A stretch of 64,000 nucleotides of DNA from Octopus sinensis (taxonomy: Eukaryota): positions 5,456,001 through 5,520,000 of the forward strand of contig NC_043026.1 in the NCBI RefSeq assembly GCF_006345805.1, read 5' to 3'. Shown here piece by piece: positions 1-12,485 of the stretch. Position numbers and translations under genes: made by a program. Every line of letters starts with the position of its first letter. Position 1 is the stretch's first letter. The notes beneath the pieces were generated by a model. That model ran no database searches. It was not told the origin of the DNA and saw only the letters and a list, made by a program, of their open reading frames with translations.

Positions 1-246
1 GTATAATTTTATATTTTATATTTGACATTCTATACTTGACTTTCTAAGTTTGATAAATGTATGCTAATTTATACTTATAATTTATAATCTATCATTTTTA
101 ATTCTTAATTTTGTAAAGTTTAATTTTTTAATTTTATATTTTTAATGTTTAATTTAATGCTTAGTTTTAAGGTGATGTAAAATTAGGTTAACAATATTTT
201 GAAAAAGAACCTGAAGATGGTAGAATTGTAAATCTTATGATTACAC

Positions 247-281
<35 letters not shown>

Positions 282-309
282 CACACTCACACACACACAC
301 ACATATAGC

Positions 310-936
310 ATTACATGGAAAAATGTGAGCATGAAAAGTAATATTATTAAGATTATAAACCTGGAAAAGTACAGGACAAGTTATTACACCTGTAAAAGTA
401 CAGGACAAGTTATTACACCTGTAAAAGTACAGGACAAGTTATTACACCTGTAAAAGTATAGGACAAGTTATTACACCTGTAAAAGTATAGGACAAGTTAT
501 TACTTCAAGTAAAGAATAAGAAAGTCTTTACTTAAAATATTGCAGCCAAGAATTCCAGTTCTTCTAATTTACCACTCTTTACAGTTCTCATCTTTTAAAT
601 TTATTGTACAAAACTGTTCAGCTAATTTGTAAGTTTGTCTAATTAGTCACTTTTTTCTGTATTTAAGGTAGTAAATTAGCTAAATTCTACTTAAATAAGT
701 ATAGTGTTATTTGTAAACTATAATAAGTTTTAATATTCAAATTTTTATTTTAGCTGCAATATTTTAAGTAAAAAGTTTCTTAATCTTTACTTTACTTGAA
801 GTAATAGCTTGTCCTAAACTTTTACAGGTGAAATCGCTTGTCCTAAACTTTTACAGGTGTAATAACTTGTCCTGTACTTTTCCAGGTTTATAATCTTAAG
901 AATATTACTTTTCATGCTCACATTTTTCCATGTAAT
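310..936. mobile_element. Non-autonomous foldback/TIR element with 29-bp subrepeats in its arms
   Basis: Arms 310-546 and 753-936 are reverse complements (attacatggaaaaatgtgagc... / ...gctcacatttttccatgtaat). The left arm has 5 and the right arm 3 copies of cctgtaaaagtacaggacaagttattaca. No ORF; no TSD recognised. Confidence 0.8.
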
Positions 937-1389
937 CCATGATTCTTCCAGGCATTGCTGTTATAACATAATTAATGATGTGTCAATTAATAATTTAGGA
1001 TTTTACCTTATAAAATACTGGGTAGGGGGATACATTGACTGCTATTTTTAGCATGTTGAGCGACCAGATAGAGGCTCTTTCATTGGTTTGATTGTGGGAT
1101 GAGATTTTTTTTACAATCTATGTATAATATTCATATATATATCATCGGCAGAAGTTAGAGAGTAAGTCAAAAGCTGAGAGTTTCATGTATTGGCGCTTAT
1201 CAAACACAAATTTGTCCATTGTCACTCAGTAACTTGTGACGAAATAACTTCTAAAATACAAAATTTTGTCAAAAACGTTAAGAGTAAACCCTGTTGTATG
1301 TGACACATTCTACCAGTATTGGAAGTTTGAAAGTGTTTAGTTAAAAAAAAGTTAATTAAATAATCTGGACGTCAAATTGAATAGATCCG

Positions 1390-3318
1390 GGTTAATATAG
1401 GGCGTAACAAATATCAGAAAATCAAAAAAAAAATGTGTGTAATAGGTGTAAAACAACTTCCTATGAACGAATATGAAAAAAAAAATTCGCGCACGCGAAA
1501 GGGGGGTGGGGGAGAGGCCTCGGAAAATTCACATCGGGAAGTTCCGAAAGCGTCTGAGGAGCTGACCCGGGCACCAAAACAAAAAAAAAATAGTGTAATA
1601 TGTGTAAAACAACTTGCTCTAAACGAATATGAAAAATAAAATGCGCTCTCGCGAAAGAGGGGTGGGGGAGAGGCCTCGGAATATTTATATCGGGAATTTC
1701 CGAAAGCGTCTGAACCGGGCACAAAAACAAAAACAAAAACAGCGTAATAGGTGTAAAACAACTTGCTCTAAACGACTATCATGAAAAAAATGCGCGCTCG
1801 CGAAAGGGGGGGGGGGGAGAGGCTTCGGAAATTTCACATCTTCAGTCCACGGCCTTTAAACTAAGAAAAAATAGTGTAATTGGTGTAAAACTACTTGTTC
1901 TAAACGAGTATCAAGAACACACACTCACACATGAATCATAAACTCCGTATTTCGCCAAAAAAAAAAAAATAAAGAGAAGAAATTCTGGAAAAAGTGAAGA
2001 AATGTTGGATCTCATTCCTTGGTTAAAGCTATTTTAAACATTAAATTTATGCTTTTCTTTGAAATAGTTCAGATATATGCAATTCTTTTCACTTATTAAG
2101 ATGCATTTATCAGAAAAAAAGAGACAGAAAAAATTATTATTTTGTGTCAATCCTTCCCTAATTATCCTTTATTAATTAGTTTTGGCGTGTATTTTTTTCC
2201 CAAATTTATTCTTTCACCTTTACAACACTGTTTAGTAAAGCAATTAATTATCTTTATAATTTGCATATTTGACTTATTAATCAAAATTCTCTAGATGTAA
2301 TATATACTAAGTAATGCATCCTTCATTTATGTGTTCCGTTCTGTATTATGCATGCGTGACTGTTTGTATGTAAGTGTGTTTAACTGTGCACATGAATGTG
2401 AATATTAAAGAACATATTTATTTACTATGATTGTTATTTTCAGAACAAATAAATCTTTTGGCTGTTATGTTATTGATGTTATTATTATTGCTAGTTAAAG
2501 GGTGGTGACTTGGCTGAATATTTTGAGTCTTGTAGTATGTAGTTGTGTTAGTCAATATTCTGAGTTCAAATCCAACTCATTTCTTTATCATCATTATCGA
2601 TGGACCACTCAAAGAGGTATGTATACATTATCATTTTCGTAACATAATTTCTGTAGTATTTCAAGATGTTTCTGACACGTATTTTGATTCACATGGCGGA
2701 GATCCAACATTTCTTCACTTTTTCCAGAATTTCTTCTCTTTATTTTTTTTTTTTGCGAAATACGGAGTTTATGATTCATGTGTGAGTGTGTTCTTGATAC
2801 TCGTTTAGAACAAGTAGTTTTACACCAATTACACTATTTTTTCTTAGTTTAAAGGCCGTGGACTGAAGATGTGAAATTTCCGAAGCCTCTCCCCCACCCC
2901 CCTTTCGCGAGCGCGCATTTTTTTCATGATAGTCGTTTAGAGCAAGTTGTTTTACACCTATTACGCTGTTTTTGTTTTTGTTTTTGTGCCCGGTTCAGAC
3001 GCTTTCGGAAATTCCCGATATAAATATTCCGAGGCCTCTCCCCCACCCCTCTTTCGCGAGAGCGCATTTTATTTTTCATATTCGTTTAGAGCAAGTTGTT
3101 TTACACATATTACACTATTTTTTTTTTGTTTTGGTGCCCGGGTCAGCCCCTCAGACGCTTTCGGAACTTCCCGATGTGAATTTTCCGAGGCCTCTCCCCC
3201 ACCCCCCTTTCGCGTGCGCGAATTTTTTTTTTCATATTCGTTCATAGGAAGTTGTTTTACACCTATTACACACATTTTTTTTTTGATTTTCTGATATTTG
3301 TTACGCCCTATATTAACC
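1390..3318. mobile_element. 1.9-kb foldback-type DNA transposon with ~620-bp TIRs and an 8-bp TSD
   Basis: 1390-2013 and 2699-3318 are near-perfect inverted repeats, each with three ~150-bp internal subrepeats. TAGATCCG is duplicated at 1382-1389 and 3319-3326. The AT-rich spacer has no transposase. Confidence 0.9.
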
Positions 3319-3326
3319 TAGATCCG

Positions 3327-3433
3327 AAATGGATAAAAAGCAAATTTGACCTCAGTGGAATTTGAACTCAAAATGTAAACAAAGGCGAAATACCCGTAAG
3401 CATTTCGCCCTGTGCTAATGTTTCTGCCAGCTC
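3327..3433 (-). mobile_element. SINE family 2 fragment (host sequence of the foldback insertion)
   Basis: ggaatttgaactcaaaatgtaa...tttctgccagctc matches copies at 27606-27750 and 57245-58310. B-box-like gagttcaaattcc on the minus strand. Confidence 0.7.
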
Positions 3434-5155
3434 ACTCCCTTGGAACAGAAACATTCATTTTAGCAATATATTCTTTAATATTCTTATAGCTGAAGCATTA
3501 CTTCCTTCTCTCTTACTGACACGAAATTTCCTGGCATTTCACCCCATGACTTTTCTTCTACGAATTTTTGTTCAGTGCAACTAACGACTCTGAATTCCTC
3601 ATACATTTTTCTCTCATTTAAGCCTAAGAAAAGTATACTTTTATTTTAAAATTAAAAAGTTTATGTTAATTGAAGGTGAATAGGTGCCTTACTGCCCCCA
3701 CCCCTCTATAGGTCCCAGATATTTTGATGTAACTTTTTTTCCACTGAACCAAATCTAAAACTATTTATGCCAAAGTGTAGCCGAGGAGGTGTCCTCTTTA
3801 AGACTGTTAACAGTTGGCAATTTAGTTGAGAACTGAATTAGTGGTGAAGCTTGGATTGACGGAATGGTGAACTTAAGAATATATTCAACCACTACCATGG
3901 TTGAATGATAACCTTCCAATACTGAAACACGTGTAGTTCATTCCTAATGACAATTTTAACTTCAGTAGGAGGTAATTAAGGAAGTATATTGTATACCCTG
4001 CTGGTGTACTACTGGTTTCATCCTTAAAGTATTAATTCTTGATGTGCATACAATCTGACCCTACTATACTGTGTAGTCGACAAAATCAAAAACAACCAAC
4101 CATTATGTGTGTACGAAATTAGAAATATAAAAGAGCGACAATTTACCCATCGCAGCCTGTATGTGACGAGTGTGTGCATATATGATAATACAAATAAGTT
4201 ATAAAACATATGGAAGCAGCTATTTTCCACATGAGATGTGTTAAGACAGAGCTCAATAAATATGCAATGAATTCCTGTTGGGATCGATAATATAATGAAA
4301 GATAATGATGTCCAAAACTGATGGACATGAGAAATTAAAACCATGAGAAACATTTTAAGGTGAAAACAAACCTTACCGTCCCGTACCAAATCCTTGCTCC
4401 ACGTCACACCTCCTTGCTACTCCACCACCACCATACTTCTCCACATTGGTCCTCCCCATCCCGTTACACAACCCTCAACTCACGCCACTATGTTGGATGT
4501 TTGTGGGTGGGTGTGAGAAAGAGAGAGAGAGAGAGAGAGTACCTGTTTATACACACAACTATTTGAATGTATATGCGTATGAATAATACGTGTGTGTGTG
4601 TGTGTTGGCTGTATATGAGTAAGTATGTAGTTGTGTTGCGTTGTGTCTGGTGCTTGGTAACAAAGCATACAGTTTGGCTGTCTGCAGTTTGTTAGGCCAG
4701 AGAAGATATTAGCTTGCTTGGAAATAGAGCATCTATCCATAGAAAAAACTGCCTCAATGAAGTCTCAGTTGACCGGGGGAAGCAGAGAAAAAGTGACCCT
4801 TAAAAACGATCGTGCGCATGTATATATTTAATACCCTTTCTTGGGGCCCTGAACAACTAATGGAGTTGAAAGAGTATCCATGGGACATACAGTGTGTTTA
4901 GGGTGTTTTAAATCTGGAAGATCCCTTCTCTCTACATGCGTAACCCCTGTCAATGTCTTCCACGGAGAAAGAAAGAAGTAGTTGAGGAGGAAGTGGAAGA
5001 ACAACGATGACAAATCTTTTGTCTCCTGTGAAAATATACAGAGTGTATCAAATACATATTTGAGAGTCTGCATAATGATGGGAGGAAATAAATACAAACG
5101 TGAATGTGACTGTGTGTGCATGAATATAAGCATTCTTTTATTCTTTTCTATGTAT

Positions 5156-5280
5156 GATGGGCTTCTTTCAGTTTCCGTCTACCAAATCCATCCATAAGGC
5201 TTTGGTTGGCCCGAGGCTATAGTAGGAGACACTTCCCCAAGGTGCCACACAGTGGGACTGAACCAGAACAACGTGGTTGC
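5156..5280 (-). mobile_element. SINE family 1, 5' part
   Basis: gggcttctttcagtttccgtctaccaaatcc...gtgggactgaacc, the same as the full copies at 43968 and 58925. Confidence 0.8.
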
Positions 5281-5506
5281 ATAATGCAGGGAAACGGTCG
5301 TATAATCAAGTTCCTGCATACCTGGAGAACTACATTGCGCAGAAACAATTGTAGTGAATGAAAAGAAATGTCCAACCATGTTTCTTCTTGTTGATCCCAA
5401 TTTTTTTTTCAATTATATATTCACGCACGACAGATGCCCAAACGCAAACCTGGAAGTACGTTCAATATTACTACTGGATAATGAGTTGCTAACAGAATAT
5501 ACCATA

Positions 5507-5552
<46 letters not shown>

Positions 5553-5621
5553 GGAGTAAACACATAAATGTGAAACAAGGTGGAAAAAAGAGTACTCAAA
5601 TACCAGTGGTAGAATAATATG

Positions 5622-5680
5622 CTTTATTTTAAGCAGCAGAAAATTCAATTGAATTGAATTTTCTGCTGCTTAAAATAAAG
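5622..5680. repeat. Perfect 29-bp-arm palindrome with a 1-nt loop
   Basis: ctttattttaagcagcagaaaattcaatt-g-aattgaattttctgctgcttaaaataaag. Confidence 0.95.
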
Positions 5681-5789
5681 TATATATATATATATATATA
5701 TAGACAGACAGACAGACAGACAGATAGATAGATAGATAGATAGATAGATATATAGTTCCCGTCATTCAAACATACTGTAAATGTGTTAG

Positions 5790-6700
5790 TACTCTCAATT
5801 CAATTAAAATATCTGGTATATTTCCTAACCTAGCAGTTCGACAATTAGATACAGTTAAAATATTTACCAGACTGAAAAAGTAATACTGCAGTTATCCTAA
5901 GGTATTTATTCTGGGTTCAAATCCTGGCAAGGTTTAATAGCTTCTCGTGTATAATATACTGCTTGAAAATAAAATAATTTTCTGTAGAAGAGTATATTTA
6001 TGTTTGAAATAGGTCTAATGAATATTTAACAAAGTAAATGTGTTACTAAATTGTTAATTAAAATAATTATCACAAGATGACTTACCAAAGTCAATAATTG
6101 CGTTTGAATCTCAGCCTGAAGTCTTGGCCTCTGTGTTCAGTTCGTTCAAAGTGTAGCAAAAATGTAAAAAGAAAAGTCACGAGACAGGAAAAAGTGGGCG
6201 TTAACGGTTCGAGTGTGTGTTTAGTGTGTGTGCGTGCGTAGTGTGTGTGTGTGTGTGTGTGTGTTTAGTGTGTGTAGTGTGTGTGTGTAGTGTGAAACTA
6301 GCACACAATCTGTTATGTATTTGATCATGTAGACAAATGGCAAGTCCTTGACACCAATTATTCTGACAGTGAATGCCAGGAATGTGTGTGTGTGTATGCC
6401 CATATATATGCGTGTGTGTGTGTGTGTTTGTGAGTGTGCTAGGTTTCCGCTAGAGGTACAAAAAGAAACATACTTAAAAGCACACATACGGACACATATA
6501 TAAACGTACATACATTTATCTATCTGTGCGTAGATAGATGCATAATATATATGTATATACTTAATACACACACACACTATATATATCATTATATATATAT
6601 ATATAATATATTTAATGTGTGTGTGTGTGTCTGCCAGGGTGTATGTATGCCATTTGTGTATGTGTGTATACGCACACACACACACAAATATACACACATA
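5790..6700 (-). promoter_or_regulatory. Diverged duplicate of the 59.9-60.0 and 61.8-62.5 kb block (candidate promoter/first exon)
   Basis: Colinear matches with 59925-60010 and 61840-62480 (gtcaataattgcgtttgaat, cagcctgaagtc, agtgggcgttaac, gtagacaaatg). Minus-strand donor g|GTAAGT at 6086/6085. Confidence 0.55.
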
Positions 6701-6712
6701 TATATAAATAAT

Positions 6713-6864
6713 AGGCACAGCGTGACTGTGTGTTAAGAAGCTTAGTTCCCACCCACATGGCTCTGGGTTCAATCCCATTGAACACAGAGTGTCTTCTACT
6801 ATCGCTTTAGGTTGACCAAAGCCTTGTCAGTGGATTTGGTAGATGGAAACTGAAATGAAGCCCG

Positions 6865-6903
<39 letters not shown>

Positions 6904-7064
6904 TCTGTTGGTGTGTTTACATTCCTGTAACTTAGCGGTTTGACACCAATAGAAAAACTACCAGGCTTACAAAGAATAAGTCCTGGAATTGCTTTGTTCG
7001 ATTAAAGGCAGTACTCCAGTCTGGCCACAGTCAAATGACTGAAACAAGTAAAAGAATAAAGGAG
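6713..7064 (+). mobile_element. SINE family 1, near full length
   Basis: tRNA-like head (tgactgtgtgtt...gggttcaatccc), internal (TA)n, tail ending ctgaaacaagtaaaaga. Confidence 0.85.
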
Positions 7065-7213
7065 TATAAATATATGGGTGTGTGTGTGTGTGTGTGTGTA
7101 TTTAAACAAAATTATTAATTTTGATAAAAATTATTAACTATAAGGTTTTTATTCCCATACTGGTCACTTGATGTGATCGGTATTTTAAATAACGATCTGA
7201 ACCTGATATATAA

Positions 7214-7248
<35 letters not shown>

Positions 7249-7250
<2 letters not shown>

Positions 7251-8023
7251 GAGATTTTACATGTTTTGGTTCTTGATAAAACGAACCTTATCAAAAATAT
7301 TTTTAAAAGTTAAGTGTAATAAAAAAGTTCATAATTGTTTCTTACAAGTCTCAACAGAGTCCACGTTGTGGTGTTTCGTGGGTGGTGGGAGCATAATGGC
7401 TGTCTTGTGTGTTGCCTAGATTCGTTGGCTGTAATTCGGCCACTGGTTATTTTCACAATTACAGCCAACGAATCTAGTCAACACACAAGTCAGCCACTAT
7501 GCTCCCCCCACCTACAAATCACCACAACGTGGACTCTGTTGAGACTAGTAAGAAACAATTACTCTCTTACTTGTTTCAGTCATTTCACTGTGGCCATGCT
7601 GGAGCACCGCCTTTAGTCGAGTAAATCGACCGCAGGACTTATTCTTTGTAAGCCCAGTACTTATTCTATCGATCTCTTTTGCCGAACCTCTAGGTGACGG
7701 GGACGTAAACACACCAGCATCGGTTGTCAAGCAATGCTAGGGGGACAAACACAGACACACAAACACACACACGCACATACATATATACATATATACGACA
7801 GGCTTCTTTCAGTTTCTACCAAATCCACTCACAAGGCATTGGTCGGCCTGGGGCTATAGCAGAAGACACTTGCCCAAGATGCCACGCAGTGGGACTGAAC
7901 CCAGAACCATGTGGTTGGTTAGCAAGCTACTTACCAATGAACTTTTTTATTACACTTAACTTTTAAAAATATTTTTGATAAGGTTCGCTTTATCAAGAAG
8001 AACCGAAACATGTAAAATCTCTA
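7249..8023. mobile_element. MITE-like element with ~85-bp inverted arms, containing a SINE
   Basis: 7249-7332 and 7937-8023 are reverse complements (tagagattttacatg... / ...catgtaaaatctcta). Confidence 0.7.
7562..7936 (-). mobile_element. SINE family 1
   Basis: Reverse complement of the consensus seen at 43968-44340. Confidence 0.9.
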
Positions 8024-8198
8024 AGAAAATTAAAATCTATCTTATATAGGTGCGTTTTCAAACTTCTTTTTTATAAATATATACCCACTCGTATACCACC
8101 TACACTTTATATAAATATATATGTATATATTTGTATGTATGTATATATATATATGTATATATATGTATATGTATATATACATATATATATATACATAC

Positions 8199-8235
<37 letters not shown>

Positions 8236-8236
<1 letters not shown>

Positions 8237-9258
8237 GAGGGGCGTTCAATAAGTAATGCCCCTGATCCACTTCCCATAGCAGTAGAGCAACGAAACTTGG
8301 AACAGTTATTAGTCTTTTTCTACATAGGAACAACCCAGAGTTACGCATTTCTCCCATCGTTTGATGCAGCTCTGAAGACCGTTTTTGTAGAAGACACTAG
8401 CTTGGTCCTCCAACCACGACGTGACTTCAGAAATCAAGGCTGCATCATCTGGGAAACGCTTTCCTTTCAAAAACAACTTCATGGCTGGGAAGAGGTGAAA
8501 ATCAGAGGGTGCAAGGTCTGGAGGGTAGGGGGATGGGGGAAGAGTTCATAGCCGCACGCCTGTGCTTCTGATCTGGCGACACGCGAGTTGTGGACCGGAG
8601 CGTTGTCCTGCAAGAGGAGGATGCCTTTGCTGATCTTGCCCCGCCTTTTGGTTTTGATAGCTTCTCTTAATTTCCTCAAAAGTGAAGCATGATAGGCTCC
8701 TGTAATTGTGGTACCCTTTGCCAGGAAATCGGTCATCACTACTCCGTCCTGGTCCCAGAAGACTGTGAGCATGACCTTGCTAGCGGAGGGCTGCACCCTT
8801 GCCTTCTTTGGAGGAGGTGAGTCATGGTGCTTCCACTGCATTGACTGGGCTTTGGTCTCTGGATCATAGTGATGGACCCAGGTCTCATCCTGTGTAATCA
8901 GTCTTTTGAAAAATTTTGACTCATCTTCTTGGCACATCCCTAAATTCATCCTCGAGCACTCGACGCGTTCTTGCTTCTGGAAAAGTGTGAGCAACCTGGG
9001 AATCCATCTGGCAGACACCTTTTGCGTATGCAAATGGTCATGAATGATAGTTTCCACAGACCCGGTACTAATCTTGACCTCATGGGCTATTTGGCGAATA
9101 GTTATGCGTCGATCTTTCAAAATGGCAGCCTCAACTTGACAGACAGATGCCTCATCAATGGCAGAAAGGGTGCGACCAGATCTGGGAGCTGTTTCCACAG
9201 AGTTCCGACCATGTTTGAATTCACGATGCCAGCATTTTACAAGGTCATATGATGCTCT
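8236..9258 (-). mobile_element. Mariner (DD34D) transposon, 5'-truncated
   Basis: TA followed by TIR cgaggggcgttcaataagtaatgcccc at 8236. Transposase motifs WIPRLL, ITQDETW, QDNAPVH and (Y)PPDLAPSDF with 34 residues between the second and third Asp. No second TIR seen; homology stops near 9258. Confidence 0.92.
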
Positions 9259-9501
9259 GGTTGTGGTTGATTTTGTTGTTGCTGCTGTTGCTGTTCCGCC
9301 TCCTCCACGGGAGTGGCATGGGGGAGACACAATCGTCGGTTGTGGAGGCATGCAGGCCTGACACTGAAAAGTCCAAGATTTAAGCTGGACCATCTTCCAG
9401 AGTCCATCCATCATAGCATTATGATGGCTCTTTTTTTTGGCCTGGGATCTTCTGAAAGTCCGTGGCACATTGGAGTCAGACAGAGACGAGACATGTCCCA
9501 C
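8309..9501 (-). pseudogene. Mariner transposase with a foreign ~82-aa N-terminus and one frameshift
   Basis: ORF 8479-9501. Adding one base to the G5 run at 8528-8532 gives an open frame to TAA at 8309-8311 (...[13 protein letters not shown]), 397 aa. Confidence 0.8.
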
Positions 9502-9883
9502 ATTCGACCCAGCGATTACGGAACGTATTTTCGGGTTCCGTACAGATGTGGCAGGTGTGATTTTCTGGGCAGTGTTCTATTTTGGAGCAGCGACCAGTCT
9601 TATCGCACACCACCATGGCGATTTTGTTGCTTCTGCTCATCCGTGGAGACAGAAAATGTAAACAACAATACGATAAAAGTAAAATGTTTGTTTTTGATTC
9701 GTTCTTTTTTTGTGTATATTCCTTTTTTTCTTAAATATTGCGTGTGTATATATAAAGGGATTTGTGCGTATCTTTAGTGTAGACACGGAGAGAGTTTGTA
9801 AACAGAAATGAAATCAGTGATTTTTTATTTTTTGCAGTGTAGTCCGTCACATTAAATAGTGTGATTTATTTTCACTCTGCACG

Positions 9884-9923
<40 letters not shown>

Positions 9924-10259
9924 CTACAAGTATCTATGTATGTATGTATGTTGCTGCTTTATAAATTTTGGATGTACTTAATGTCGTTCAACGTTTTCTT
10001 TTACCCTCAACTACACGTGGTGAATTCTTCCATTGTAGATCTGTGGTGGTTATCTTCGTAATATTTTCTCTTTAGTTTCTTTGCCAAATTGATTATACCC
10101 TAATCAAACCATTTGTTTGTCTACTTGTGAATGTGTCTTTGTTTTTATAACATTGTATTTTCCTCCTTTTCCTTTTTCATTCCCATATTATATGGAACTT
10201 CGGTGGACAGCTACTCTAAGACTCCAGTTGCCAGCTCGCCATCTAGAGGAAACTGATGA

Positions 10260-10331
<72 letters not shown>

Positions 10332-10989
10332 TAACAAAGCAAAACAGATTTCAACAAAAGACAAAGTTTCCTGTAAAACTCAAATCTGACAAGTTCCAAT
10401 GAATGAGATGAAAACACTTATAACGAATTATCCAAAATTCTCACAAACTCCTTTCTTTAAAGCATAAAATCTGTACATCACTACAAACAGTCTATCTATT
10501 TATCTGTCTATCTACCTATCGATATATCTATCTGTCTCTCTCTCTATCCATCCATCTGTCTGTCTGTGTGTGTGTATATATGCTGTCTTGACCGAGCTAA
10601 TTTTCTGTTAATGGTATATGAATGGTTATCTCCCTTTAGTTGAATGTCTCTGCGTTAATCCATCCGTGTGCGTAGTTAGGTGGGTAGGTATGTGTATACA
10701 GGGGTTGATGAAAAGTACCCGGCATGACCACTGCTGCAGAGGACTGGCTGGAGACCGAACCAGCTGTGTTCTTTTTCCCAGGGCTTAGAAAAACTGAAGG
10801 GCCACTGCAACAAGTGTGTGAATGTGAGAGGGGAGAATATGTTGAATAGAATGCTAATGAAGTGATTCGTCTCTATTTTGTTTTACCTGAAGCCAGAAAC
10901 ATTTCAATACTCCCTCGTCTGTAGACACACATACACACACACACGCATGTACACATACACAAACGCATACATATACACGCACATGACAG

Positions 10990-12485
10990 GTGGACCCTTT
11001 CAGGCTGACCCGAACAGTGTTGGGACATGGGAGGACCAAATCAGGGAAATGGACCAGCTCCAGAGAAGAGGTAGAAGCTTTTCTGGGTGGAGGGGGAGAG
11101 ATCTACAACCATAACCTCAGAAATCAAGCTCCTAATGTTAACCCAAAAGTCTGTAGAACTGAAATACCAGGAAATGAGTTCAACGTCAGTTGTCCATTCT
11201 GGAAAGAAGTGGGACGAGTGGTTGTGAAAGGGGCCAGATCAGGATCAGCTCCTGTCCAAGTGGTGTACCTTATAAAGTATACAAGAAATGCCCATGGCTC
11301 CTTCAGAGGCTGTGGACACTATTCTGAATGATCTGGACAAATGGTATCATTCCACCGAAAGGAAGTTTTGTGCTGCCAAAGGAAGAAAACTCATCAGCCA
11401 TTAACAAATTCAGGACCATTCTCCTTCCTGAGTGTTGAGGGAAAAACCTTCTGTACTGACCAAAAAAGGGTGACCTCATACAATGAGTATATAAACACCT
11501 CTATCCAGAAAGGTAGGGGTCTCAGGTTTCTCGGGCTGTCTGGAACACAACCAGCTGATTCGGGAGGCCAAAAGAAGTAAAGGTGACATGAAAGTGGTTT
11601 GGCTGGGTCTGGAAAATGCATTTGGATCAATTCCTCACAGCCTCATATATGCAGCCCTTGACTGTTACCATATTCCTCACCTGTTGAGGGAATAATCAGC
11701 AATCACTTTGGAGGCATCGAGTTATGTTTCAGAACAGCCCACTTCACAAGTCAGTGGCAAGACCTTGAGAAAGGATTCATAACTGGTTGCACAATCTCCC
11801 TCATTCTTTTCATCATGGCTATGAATCTCCTCGTGTCAGCTGCTGAAAATGAAGGCCAAGGACCAACAATGGAATCAGGCAGCTGTCAGCAGCCAATAAG
11901 GGGTTTCATGGATGATATCACGGTAACAACTACAACCCATGTGGAGGCAGAAATGGTGCTGACCTCATTTGAACACATGGTAATATTCGTTAGAAAGAAG
12001 TTTAGGCCTCCCAAATATAGGGGTATGGTAACCAGAGGAGGTAAAGTAACAAACAAAATTAAGCTACAAGTGCAAGGAGAAGCCATACCATCAACAGAGG
12101 AAAATCTGATTAAATGTCTTGGAAAGATGTTTGAGAAGTCGCTCTGTCAGAAGCAATGTCGCCAATTCTGTGAAGCAAGCAGAAGAGTGGCTGAGGAGGA
12201 CTGAAAGATAAGGGTTTCCAGAAAAATACAGGGCATGGCTCTACCGACATGGTCTAGGGTGGAAAGGAAGGTAAATACCTCCAAAGATGGCAAGATGTTC
12301 CCTCAAGCTTCACTTCAATAGGTCTGTATATAAGATCTGAACAATCACAACTTCCCCTGTCATCTGTCGTGGAGGAATTCAAAGTAGTAAAATGTCATGT
12401 TGTAATGATGTTCAGGGAGTTGAAGAATGAGCTTGTCAGACATGCAAATATTACGACAAGATCTGGGTGAAAGTGGGTAGCTAGC
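10990..12485 (+). mobile_element. Degenerate non-LTR retrotransposon RT region, HERO/NeSL-like (R2 superfamily)
   Basis: Frameshifted motifs SSREEVEAFL, ARSGSAP..GVPYKVYKKCP, FLSVEGK, GCTISP, GFMDD, KCLGK and QLPLSSVVEEFKV. Clade assigned from recalled motif similarity only. Confidence 0.75.

Noticed and set aside
1414-3294. Two nearly identical 115-aa ORFs on opposite strands
   Set aside because: They are the two arms of the foldback element; TTG starts, no protein motif.
4024-4407. 127-aa minus-strand ORF, possible Penelope-like RT remnant
   Set aside because: Only a 3-4 residue motif resemblance; not supportable without a search.
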